Counted from the first letter of the stretch, positions 29,943-37,941 are shown. The stretch: DNA of 64,000 bases from Candidatus Bathyarchaeota archaeon (GCA_963726255.1 CAVSBL010000002.1:1056001-1120000), one strand, 5' to 3'. Notes: generated by a model from the sequence alone, not told the origin. Numbers and translations are program-made.

Positions 29943-30899
29943 CTACTGAACTGTGAGGCTTCTGCCATTATGCTTCAGTGCCCGGAGCGCAAGATACGTG
30001 ATCATTTTCGATGGTTGCCCAGGCTTCTCTAGGTAGGGGTACCGGTTGTTTCCGTTCAGATTCCACCTACCATCTCGCCTTCGAGCGGAGATCAGCATGG
30101 AGAAAGCTTCCTGCATCCGATTGTCCGAGCCGTAACCCAGGCTGGTCATGAAATCTAAGCCGACAAGGTAGTCGTAGATGTAGTGCCAAGGATAATGGAG
30201 GGTCATCCAAGTTCGAGATGGCCGCCCCTCATGAATCAGCCGCCGCTTCAGAAAGAACCCGGCACCTCGTTCAATCGCCCTTCGAACGCGCGGGCTTCGC
30301 TCGTTCACAGGGACTTCCGCGAAGGCGCTCATGGCCTCCCATCCATCGATCGTCCCTCTCGGGCGCCCGAAACAATCCCAGCCCCCATCGGGCAACTGCT
30401 CATTCACCAGCCAGTTGATCGCGGACTGAACCCGTTCGTCTTTCAGGTAGCCAAACCGGATTAGCGACCGGACCATATTTCCGGTCATGCACAAGTGGCC
30501 TCTCCCCTTGTGGAGGGGATGGGACACAACGCCGCCGGAATATCCACCATCCTTCGCGAGGTGTAAGTCAAACCATAACTCTGTCGCGTTTGCGATTCTT
30601 TCATCTTTCCGGGTGAGGCCGAGGTCGGCCAGGACTTGCAGCTGCCAAATTGTTGACCTAAACTTCGGTCGATAGCACGTTTTCTTTGTGGCCCACCAGG
30701 TTTTCTCCCTCTGAAGGGAGAGAATGCGCGCGGCCCAACCCTTTTTCGGAATGGCTGATTGAAGCTCGGACAAAGTGCGTTTGCTGGGTCGAGGTCCCAA
30801 CAGGTCTCTCGCTGTAAGGTATCTAATTGAGGGTTCAGTAGACTCAAGCAACCAATCAATAACGCTACCACGGGACACTGTTTCAACCAATTGGCTCAC
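29943..30899 (-). CDS. Prenyltransferase/squalene-oxidase repeat (alpha/alpha barrel) protein
   Basis: IDWLLES.EPSIRY...RDLL, WLVNEQLPDGGWDC, YPWHY.YDYL, RRRDGRW, PSKMIT. Confidence 0.8.
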   Translation of the reverse strand: MSQLVETVSRGSVIDWLLESTEPSIRYLTARDLLGPRPSKRTLSELQSAIPKKGWAARILSLQREKTWWATKKTCYRPKFRSTIWQLQVLADLGLTRKDERIANATELWFDLHLAKDGGYSGGVVSHPLHKGRGHLCMTGNMVRSLIRFGYLKDERVQSAINWLVNEQLPDGGWDCFGRPRGTIDGWEAMSAFAEVPVNERSPRVRRAIERGAGFFLKRRLIHEGRPSRTWMTLHYPWHYIYDYLVGLDFMTSLGYGSDNRMQEAFSMLISARRRDGRWNLNGNNRYPYLEKPGQPSKMITYLALRALKHNGRSLTVQ

Positions 30900-30981
30900 C
30901 GGACTGCGGATTTGAGACTGCTATCCTAAAATAAGTGTGGATTAATGCGGCCCCACGCCAAAACGTTTCGAAGCCTCGAAT

Positions 30982-30998
30982 TGGTGGGCCCGGAGGGA
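30982..30998 (-). repeat. tRNA-Ile 3'-end copy (att-like site)
   Basis: tggtgggcccggaggga is identical to 37569-37585 of the intact tRNA. Confidence 0.85.
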
Positions 30999-31276
30999 CC
31001 CGCTGTCCGCGTGAGGGTGGTGGAACCCGTTTTTCTCCACCATTCATGTCTCGTCGAGGCGCACTACGTCCCCGTCGCGCTTGAGTTTTGCGCGTCGCTT
31101 CTTCACACTGTCGGACAATGTTGAGTTCAAATTGCGCTGCTCGCACCAGCTGACCCACACAAAGTAAACCGTCAGAAGCTTGACTCGTAACCAGTTGGAG
31201 ACTTCGTTGAGTAGGTTTTTTCTTCTGGCAAAATGTTAAATCTTTTGAAACAGCACGGAGATTGGAGGTGTATCGA

Positions 31277-31531
31277 TTGATTGTCATCACTCTGGCCAAG
31301 TTCAGGAGAAAACCGTCGAAAGAAGATGTTCCGAAGCTGCCGCAGTACGTTCAAGGAGTGGGTGGTAAGGTTCTATCTGCATATTGGACGTTAGGGCGAT
31401 ACGACGCCGTCGTAACCATTGAAGCTGCAGATGAGAAAGCCGCCTTGAAGGCGCTATTGCAATTTGGAGATTTCGTTGCGACGGAAACGTTAGTTGCAAT
31501 TCCGCGTGATGAAGCGGCAAAATTGCTGTAG
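31277..31531 (+). CDS. GYD domain protein
   Basis: GGKVLSAYWTLGRYDAVV..EAAD, TETLVA; RBS GGAGGTG. Confidence 0.85.
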   Translation: MIVITLAKFRRKPSKEDVPKLPQYVQGVGGKVLSAYWTLGRYDAVVTIEAADEKAALKALLQFGDFVATETLVAIPRDEAAKLL

Positions 31532-31628
31532 CCGGTATGCTTCGCGGTACGGGAAGCTGCCTGGAAGTTATCTTCTCCATTTTTCATGTTGGGCCTCCGT
31601 TGAGCTTGGAGGTTTCTGGTTGTTACGC

Positions 31629-31760
31629 AGAGAACACGCACTCCGGCGGCTCGTCCGGACCGCTATTGCCTACAACCGTTCCAAGTTGAAGGGCAAGGAA
31701 GCCCCCGGACCGGCCAAGAAGCCGTCCCGTCCCTCGGCGCGAGGGAAGAAGGGGCCCTGA
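31629..31760 (+). pseudogene. C-terminal fragment resembling DUF1801/YdhG-like proteins
   Basis: EHALRRLVRTAIAYNRSKLK with a basic tail; high-GC patch with no N-terminus. Confidence 0.4.
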
Positions 31761-31970
31761 GGGACACGTCCGCTGCGACGGTCTAGTGCCGCAATATGGC
31801 ATGCAAAGAGCTCGCATGAGACAGACATGTCAAGGGACGACGAGAAGAAGATGGCAAAGCCTGCGTAGAAGACTTATTTCAATTACTTTGGAAAAGTTCT
31901 TTCAATGCAGATCGGCAAGTAGTTTCCGCCGTCTCAAGGCGTGCAAAAAGTGGCATCGAACCCGACGATA

Positions 31971-32015
31971 TGGTGGGCCCGGAGGGATTTGAGCCCACGA
32001 ATATCGTGGGTTCGA
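31971..32015 (-). repeat. tRNA 3'-end copy with T-arm followed by a palindrome
   Basis: tggtgggcccggagggatttgagcccacga-atat-cgtgggttcga. Confidence 0.8.
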
Positions 32016-32062
32016 GCCGCATCTCCAATCGGGCCGCGCCACGATTCACTTCACTTCTCCTT

Positions 32063-32134
32063 GGGGCTTTTGCTGAGTATGTATGTGTTCCTGTGGATGC
32101 GCTAGCTCTGAAGCCGGCCAATCTATCGTTCGAG
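32063..32134 (+). pseudogene. 24-codon fragment of an NAD(P)-dependent MDR/quinone-oxidoreductase-type alcohol dehydrogenase
   Basis: GAFAEYVCVPVDALALKPANLSFE is a hallmark MDR segment; flanks are unrelated. Confidence 0.7.
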
Positions 32135-32182
32135 GGGGGGCTGATTTTTCAATTGCCTTCTTTGCGTGAAGAAACTCCAAAT

Positions 32183-33004
32183 TCAACGAAACATGGCGCT
32201 TATCTCCTTGGGGCTGGCAGCGTCAGCCGCGAACGAGAAAGTTCCATGCTCTCGCATTTCGCGAGCAGCACGAAGAAAAGCGCCGAGGGCGGTACGGTAA
32301 AGTGCGCTTCCGACGCTAATTCGTTTGACCCCTACGGCTGAGAGCTCTGCTAAGCTTAGTCGAACTCCCTGTAATCCCATTACAACGTTGACCGGTCGCT
32401 TTACACAGTTAACGACGGCTACAATTTCATCTTTAGTCCGCAAACCTGGAGCATACAAGACATCCGCGCCAGCTTTTTCATAAGATTGCAGTCGTTTTAT
32501 CGTGTCTGTAAGGTCTGGCCGACCGTGCCAATAGTTCTCAGCACGGGCTGTCAGAGTAAAAGGAAAAGGAAGTGCACGCGCCGCGGCTACAGCTGCCTTG
32601 ACTCTCTCTGTTGCAAGTTCTATTTCATAGATCGGGCGGTCTGGGTGTCCGGTTGCGTCTTCGATTGAACCGCCGACTATCCCGGAGGCCGCGGCACATC
32701 TGATTGTTTCCGCTACAGCTTCTGGCGAGTCGCCAAATCCATTCTCAAGATCGGCACTGACGGGCAAATTAGTCGCAGAGGCAATAGCAGACGCATATCC
32801 TAATGTGGCTTGGAGGCCAAGCGTGTTGTCTCTCCGCCCTTGAGAAAAGGCGTATCCCATACTGGTGGTGGCCAGTGCCTCAAAACCCATATGCGCTAGC
32901 AAACGGGCACTACCCACATCCCACGGATTCGGGATGATGAAGGCGCCGTCTCGCTCATGGAGAGCTCTAAAGGCTCGTCCCTTCTCGACCTGTGTGCTCT
33001 TCAT
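32183..33004 (-). CDS. Isocitrate lyase/PEP mutase family protein
   Basis: FIIPNPWDVGSA, ALATTS, PVSADLENGFG, SIED, LTARAEN, GADVLYAPG, RISVGSAL. Confidence 0.93.
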   Translation of the reverse strand: MKSTQVEKGRAFRALHERDGAFIIPNPWDVGSARLLAHMGFEALATTSMGYAFSQGRRDNTLGLQATLGYASAIASATNLPVSADLENGFGDSPEAVAETIRCAAASGIVGGSIEDATGHPDRPIYEIELATERVKAAVAAARALPFPFTLTARAENYWHGRPDLTDTIKRLQSYEKAGADVLYAPGLRTKDEIVAVVNCVKRPVNVVMGLQGVRLSLAELSAVGVKRISVGSALYRTALGAFLRAAREMREHGTFSFAADAASPKEISAMFR

Positions 33005-33139
33005 TTGGTTAGTTGCCTCCATCGGCATCCACATTCCCTAATGCAATACAAGAAGATTCAGGCGTAGGTAAAAGCAATAGTGTTCGTGCCTCAAGACGCG
33101 GAAGAATGACCGGCTACGAACTATCGAGCCCACGAAAAC

Positions 33140-33240
33140 GGTGGGGCCGGTGGGATTCGAACCCTCAATTTCTAGCCTTCAACGCAATAGGTGCGTGTCG
33201 TGGGGCCCTTGGGATTTGAACCCCCCATATGGTGGGTTTA
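33140..33240 (-). repeat. Two tandem degenerate tRNA 3'-end copies
   Basis: ggtggggccggtgggattcgaaccctc (33140) and gtggggcccttgggatttgaaccc-cccatatggtgggttt (33200). Confidence 0.75.
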
Positions 33241-33249
33241 TTTTACAGT

Positions 33250-33690
33250 CTAGAACTGCTCGTCGACTTTGCGGTACTCCCTCCGCAGGAAGTCAATCTC
33301 TCGCGACAACATGTCTCTAACATGATCCTCTCGCCTAACTGCATGCCTAAGCATGAAATCAACTGCCCGCTGCGAAACGCCAGTCTTCATGCAGGTCGTG
33401 TGGAAATAATCCCTCAGGTCATGCCACCGAAGACTCGCCGCGCGAACCGCCTTCTCAGCTTCCCTGAACCCTGCTCCGTGACCACCGGCGACTCAGCTCG
33501 TGGACGCGGAGAACGAGACTTCAAATCTTCCAGCAACCATTCGCATCCTCGCGACGACAGAAACGTACAGTACTTTATGACAGCAGCCCGCCGATTTCTG
33601 ACACCCAGAAGCTGAATCCGAGAAGGCACCTCCAAGAAACGCCTCTTCGCGAGCGATAACTCTACGAGGTTCCGAAAAAGGAGCTTGTTG
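33250..33690 (-). pseudogene. Decayed tyrosine recombinase/integrase C-terminal remnant (not in ORF track)
   Basis: Manual translation ...KYCTFLSSRG... / frameshift / LRWHDLRDYFHTTCMKTGVSQRAVDFMLRH...FLRREYRKVDEQF*. HxLR box II is present, the GH is degenerate and the catalytic Tyr is not evident. Confidence 0.75.
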
Positions 33691-33877
33691 ATTTGCCCTG
33701 GCCAACCCAACCCAGAAAAAGTCGCCAACCCGACCGCCACTTTAGCGCCCAATATTGGACGGGGTTTCCTCTCCGAGACGAGTTGTCCGCAACCCGCGCC
33801 AGGCGCTTGCCCCGTCCAGAACAATTACCGTTCCAGACACCCAAATATCGTTACCGGACTCGCGCAGCCAGTTTGGG

Positions 33878-34042
33878 TGGTGGGCCCGGAGGGACTCATC
33901 ACCCTCGGAGAGTGGCGGTTGGGTTACCGCTTTCTCCCTTCTTCGCATAATGTTACCGTGCAGGCATATTAGCGAATGTCGCGGATAAGTTTTGTTTCCC
34001 GAAATGTGATCCTGCGCTTCCAGAAAGGTGGTGGGGCCGGTG
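33878..34042. repeat. 142-bp direct repeat copy 1 (33887-34028) bracketed by tRNA 3'-end copies
   Basis: About 12 differences from 37423-37564; tggtgggcccggaggga at 33878 and tggtggggccggtg at 34029. Confidence 0.92.
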
Positions 34043-34245
34043 TACACTTGACTATGTGCAGATCATCAAGCACGTGCTAATTTGACGGAGCCTGACCTAC
34101 GTCGAGTTTTGAAGACAGTTTCAAGCATCTCCAAACGCTTCGAGACACCCTAGCAAACGAAACTCAAGGATGGGGTAGGGGATTCTGACCCCAATTACTG
34201 GTACATATAACCTCGGCCTGCGTTACATTTGTGAGTGACTTGTCA

Positions 34246-34407
34246 TTGGTTACAGAAATCAAATATCAAAATAAAACTGTCTATTCATGTGAAATCTGCA
34301 AGTTAGGATATGCAGACAGACGAACCGCTAATGATTGCGAAAACTTCTGTAAAACCCACGGCGCCTGCTCACTAGAGATAACCAAAAACGCAGTCCACAA
34401 ACCGTGA
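34246..34407 (+). CDS. Small Cys/His-rich putative zinc-finger protein, 53 aa (not in ORF track)
   Basis: MVTEIKYQNKTVYSCEICKLGYADRRTANDCENFCKTHGACSLEITKNAVHKP*; TATA-like CATATAA at ~34204. Confidence 0.75.
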   Translation: MVTEIKYQNKTVYSCEICKLGYADRRTANDCENFCKTHGACSLEITKNAVHKP

Positions 34408-34481
34408 GCCAACTAGCCAGCAGACGAAAAGTAACAGTCTCCAGCGGCTGACGAGAAGGTACCGTTACCGAAAGTTGATTA

Positions 34482-34826
34482 TTACATGTCCTTGATGTGT
34501 TTCGTAATGCCCATGTAGCCAGTGATCTCGTTCTCTTTCTTCAAGGGCCGAACCGTCAGCAATCCTCGGAACCTACTTCCATTCTTTCTTACGAGCGTAA
34601 CCTCTTCCTCAAACTTCCCTGTCTCCGCCGCGGTCTTCAAGAGTCGAGGGACGAGCGTCTGAACCGCTTCAGGCTCGTGAAAGATCACGACGCTCTGTTT
34701 GCCTACGACTTCGTCCTCAGTCCAGCCAAAGAGCTGCTGGGCCCCGAGACCGTACGATGTAATTATCCCCTTCAAATCGCACGCTATTCCAGAATGGGAA
34801 GTATCTTCGGTCTTTGACATTACCAT
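34482..34826 (-). CDS. Stand-alone PAS domain protein
   Basis: IACDLKGIITSY..GAQQLFGWTEDEVVGK, RKNGSRF, GYMGIT. Confidence 0.85.
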   Translation of the reverse strand: MVMSKTEDTSHSGIACDLKGIITSYGLGAQQLFGWTEDEVVGKQSVVIFHEPEAVQTLVPRLLKTAAETGKFEEEVTLVRKNGSRFRGLLTVRPLKKENEITGYMGITKHIKDM

Positions 34827-34963
34827 TCACCGCTGCGGCATAATCGATATTGTCCCTTGTCTTTGGCTGTCACGTGATCCGTGGAATGAGCTTGCCTGAA
34901 ATTTAAGCCATACGTCATACATTCAGCATAGGATGGGGCGGGACATTTGATGGAATGAGGAGT

Positions 34964-35248
34964 TCATTCTGGTCGACGGGGGCTCAGTGGTCTCGTGTGG
35001 AAGGCAATCTCCCAGATCAGCATGGCTTGGTTGAAGCATTGCCTATGCAGAGTGCCTTGCATTGCTTCTCCCAAATCCCAGTTGGGTGACGTGAATCCAA
35101 CCCTCTTTGCGCATTCAATCATTCTAGGATTCTTATGAGTAATCTGTAATCTCATCACGCTGGGTTTTCCTTGGATGACCTTTTTGCAGGAGACGCAATA
35201 CACCTTGGATTTCACTTTGGTCTTCTGGCGTTTTTCTCTCCTAGGCAT
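34964..35248 (-). CDS. Hypothetical basic protein with CxxC...HxxC
   Basis: YCVSCKKVI...LHRQCF; RBS GGAGGTG; follows the hemerythrin gene. Confidence 0.6.
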   Translation of the reverse strand: MPRREKRQKTKVKSKVYCVSCKKVIQGKPSVMRLQITHKNPRMIECAKRVGFTSPNWDLGEAMQGTLHRQCFNQAMLIWEIAFHTRPLSPRRPE

Positions 35249-35250
35249 CT

Positions 35251-35832
35251 TCAGACACCTCCTTTTCTGTTGATGTTGAATGATTTCTCAAGTTTCGCTA
35301 CCATCTGCTCGTATTTGTTATGGAAATCTGAACCGAATCTCGTCTCGACTTCATTGAAATTCCTTGTGAGGCCTGCTAGCTCTGGTTTGGGTAGAACTTT
35401 CTCGGTCATCGGGAAGAGAAGGTAGTCTTCTCTCCAAATGTGATCCGTGTACAAATCCATGGCACCTTTGATTGTCGCAGAGATCGTGACCTTTGCCGTT
35501 GAATCGCCGCTGGCGTATTTCTCGATCGCATCGTTCAGAGCGGTCATAAGCGCTCTCCCCTGTTTGTGCTCGCTTGTGAGTGTGCCTATTGGGCATCCCT
35601 GCGGACGGACTCCATTCCTTTCCAGCGTCGGGAAAAGACCGTCTTCTTCTTTTGCGTGATGAGCCTTGTCGGCAAAAGTTCGGAAGAAATCTACGATCTC
35701 CGTCAATATTGCAGCATCAATATCTCCGCCACTTTCAAGACGTTTATGCATAGCGGTGAGTACGTTAACCATTCGCAGGATTACTTTGTGCTCTTCCTCC
35801 AACACCTGGATAGCGGACGACGCAGAATTCAC
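35251..35832 (-). CDS. Hemerythrin HHE cation-binding domain protein
   Basis: LEEEH, HHAKEEDGLFP, EHKQGR, HIWREDYLLFP. Confidence 0.92.
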   Translation of the reverse strand: MNSASSAIQVLEEEHKVILRMVNVLTAMHKRLESGGDIDAAILTEIVDFFRTFADKAHHAKEEDGLFPTLERNGVRPQGCPIGTLTSEHKQGRALMTALNDAIEKYASGDSTAKVTISATIKGAMDLYTDHIWREDYLLFPMTEKVLPKPELAGLTRNFNEVETRFGSDFHNKYEQMVAKLEKSFNINRKGGV

Positions 35833-36191
35833 CGTGGCTGCGTCGGCGCTGCTGTGAACGTCTTGAGCTTCTGCCGAAGTGCACCAAAATCGCTCTTGGT
35901 TGAAAATTGGTTGTCCTCAGTCATCATGCCGCCCTCAACGGGACAATACTCAAGAGCATAGGTTGAAGCGGCTATGAGGAATTCAAGGTCTTCATTGTTC
36001 ACGTCCAGCCTATTAACGGGCTGAACTGCAACAGCCTGAAGTTTCTTGCGTAATGTCTCGAACGATATCTTGGTCGAGAAGTGTCCTGCCTCGGTCATTA
36101 TTCCTCCCTCAACTGGACAATTCTCAAGGGCGTAAGCGACGTTCGCCTTAGCCAACCTCAACTCCTTGTCGGTTAGCTCTATTCCCGTCAT
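35829..36191 (-). CDS. Hypothetical protein made of two internal repeats (YALExCPVEGGxMTE)
   Basis: YALENCPVEGGIMTEAGHFSTK / YALEYCPVEGGMMTEDNQFSTK; GTGA overlap with the hemerythrin gene. Confidence 0.75.
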   Translation of the reverse strand: MTGIELTDKELRLAKANVAYALENCPVEGGIMTEAGHFSTKISFETLRKKLQAVAVQPVNRLDVNNEDLEFLIAASTYALEYCPVEGGMMTEDNQFSTKSDFGALRQKLKTFTAAPTQPR

Positions 36192-36307
36192 TTTCGTCTC
36201 ACACGACTATCATCTTGGCGAGTCAACTATAAGGGGTGACCCCTAACATGTTTGGGTGAGCATGATAATCAAAAGCGTTAACTGAATCAGGCAAGTTAGT
36301 CGGTCAT

Positions 36308-36436
36308 ATGTCAACGCAGACTTGCCCAAAATGTGGACAGCCAGTCCGATACGTCCAGGGACGAATGTACTGCGTAAATTGCGACAAAACAGCGTATGAA
36401 GCGACGAAAACTGGTCACTCTCATGAAACGAAATAG
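36308..36436 (+). CDS. Zinc-ribbon micro-protein, 42 aa (not in ORF track)
   Basis: MSTQTCPKCGQPVRYVQGRMYCVNCDKTAYEATKTGHSHETK*. Confidence 0.65.
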   Translation: MSTQTCPKCGQPVRYVQGRMYCVNCDKTAYEATKTGHSHETK

Positions 36437-36472
36437 GAACGGCAACTAGATCCTAGAAGTGGTCTCACCACT

Positions 36473-36934
36473 TCACACTGACGGCTTTGAATCGTTCTTC
36501 CGTATCCCTTGGTGCGTCTGCAAAGCCCAGGGAAAGATGCGTTTTTCTTCGGCCTCAAAATGCGAACGAACCAGGTTGTCGAATTCGGAGGGTATTGATC
36601 CAAGTTCTTCAGGCGAGTTCATAGCCTTCTTCGAAATTGTATCAGCCAGTTTATGCATCGTTCGATGCTGCTGGAACACCTTGATGGCACCATTCGCCCC
36701 TTTTCGCCCATACGTATCGATGAAAAGTTTCAGCAATACATTCTCTTCGTCAACAATGTGTTGAACGGTTGAGTTGTCAAATTCTCTTGCCAGTTCGGCT
36801 CCTCTCGCATAGTCTTTCTTCTCCAAAACGTCGGTAAGCTCTGACAAGCGTTTTCTCTGTTCCTGATGCTCTTGGGAGAGGAGCGCAATGAGTTCCTCAA
36901 GTTCGAGTGGGCGAGCGACGATTCTCGAGGACAA
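36473..36934 (-). CDS. Hemerythrin HHE domain protein
   Basis: LSQEH, QHIVDEE, QQHR, HFEAEEKRIFP. Confidence 0.85.
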   Translation of the reverse strand: MSSRIVARPLELEELIALLSQEHQEQRKRLSELTDVLEKKDYARGAELAREFDNSTVQHIVDEENVLLKLFIDTYGRKGANGAIKVFQQHRTMHKLADTISKKAMNSPEELGSIPSEFDNLVRSHFEAEEKRIFPWALQTHQGIRKNDSKPSV

Positions 36935-36943
36935 AGTCTCCGC

Positions 36944-37288
36944 TTACCTCGATTTTACCATAATCAGAATCATCTTGAACTTAGTGACCGCTTTGAGTGC
37001 ATGTGTTTTGTTGGGAGGCATTATGATCATCTCGCCTTCACTCAAGTGGAACATTTCACCGGAAATCTTGATGTCTACCTGACCCTCTATGACAATGACC
37101 AATGCGGCGTAGGGTGCTGTATGCTCACTCAATCCCTCGCCCTCATCAAAGGCAAAGGCTGTAACAGTACCTCCTTCTTCACCCACTAGAGTCCTGCTCA
37201 CAACTGCTCCGCTTTGGTAAGCAGTCAGATCTTTGAGCTTCATGACTTGTGCGACGACCGTTTTTGAGTTAGTCAATTCAAAACGCAC
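36944..37288 (-). CDS. Cupin domain protein
   Basis: YQSGAVVSRTL, AFDEGEGLSEHTAPYAA, MPPNKTHALKA..KFKMIL. Confidence 0.92.
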   Translation of the reverse strand: MRFELTNSKTVVAQVMKLKDLTAYQSGAVVSRTLVGEEGGTVTAFAFDEGEGLSEHTAPYAALVIVIEGQVDIKISGEMFHLSEGEMIIMPPNKTHALKAVTKFKMILIMVKSR

Positions 37289-37422
37289 CTCCTAATGCTT
37301 CCTAAGAGTATTCCGGGTTCCTCAATTAGTGTATTTGGTGGGATTTGACTCCCCTGACCTTGATTCGGCGAACGTCGGATGATTATCAGGCTGCTAACTT
37401 TTCTCGTCAGACAACATATTCT

Positions 37423-37564
37423 CGGAGGGACTCATCACCCTCAGAGAGTGGCGGTTGGGTTACCGCTTTCTCTCTTCTTCGCATAATGTTACCGTGCAGG
37501 CATATTAGTGAATGTCGCGAATAAGTTTTGCTTCCAGAAACCTAACCTTGCGCATCCAGAAAGG
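37423..37564. repeat. 142-bp direct repeat copy 2, adjacent to the tRNA-Ile 3' end
   Basis: Aligns without gaps to 33887-34028. Confidence 0.92.
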
Positions 37565-37568
37565 AAAG

Positions 37569-37675
37569 TGGTGGGCCCGGAGGGATTCGAACCCTCGACC
37601 AGCAGGTTCCTCCGCTATGCATATGAGCTTCGACTTTCAGTGTCTGTCGCTCTAGCCTAGCTGAGCTACGGGCCC
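37569..37675 (-). tRNA. tRNA-Ile(CAT) (Ile2-type) with two introns: 30/31 (37629-37643) and 37/38 (37608-37621)
   Basis: Mature GGGCCCGTAGCTCAGCTAGGCTAGAGCGACAG|GCTCATA|ACCTGCTGGTCGAGGGTTCGAATCCCTCCGGGCCCACCA. The GGGCCC acceptor stem indicates Ile rather than Met. BHB central helix CGAC/GTCG at intron 1. Confidence 0.88.
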
Positions 37676-37941
37676 TTATTCTTTTAGTGACTTTAGGGGA
37701 CATTTCAGGATTAGGGTTCGAGTTTGGCAAACGTCAGGCGCCGACTGAACGTGTAGCTTAGAGCATTCGAAGGGTTCTACAGCCCCCAAGAGCTTCGGCT
37801 GGCTCTACATTAGAGCCCTCGCTAACACGCCACTCTCAAAGCATGAGCTCGCAAGGATCGCTTCGCTCCTCCTCCGCCGCTAATAGCCACGGAATAACCA
37901 TAATACCAGATTCCTCACGAAAGAGGGCCAGTGATTAAGCA

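Noticed and set aside
33887-33960. Hammerhead ribozyme or fluoride riboswitch (gtgatgagtccc)
   Set aside because: It lacks the CUGA..GAAA core and the riboswitch pseudoknot elements; it is better explained as a T-arm mimic.
33229-34047. Several overlapping ORFs in the track (33229, 33685, 33742, etc.)
   Set aside because: They run through the integrase remnant, tRNA-like sites and the 142-bp repeat, with no protein signatures.
37569-37675. tRNA-Met assignment from the CAT anticodon
   Set aside because: The GGGCCCG acceptor stem fits archaeal tRNA-Ile2, not initiator (AGC...) or elongator (GCC...) Met.
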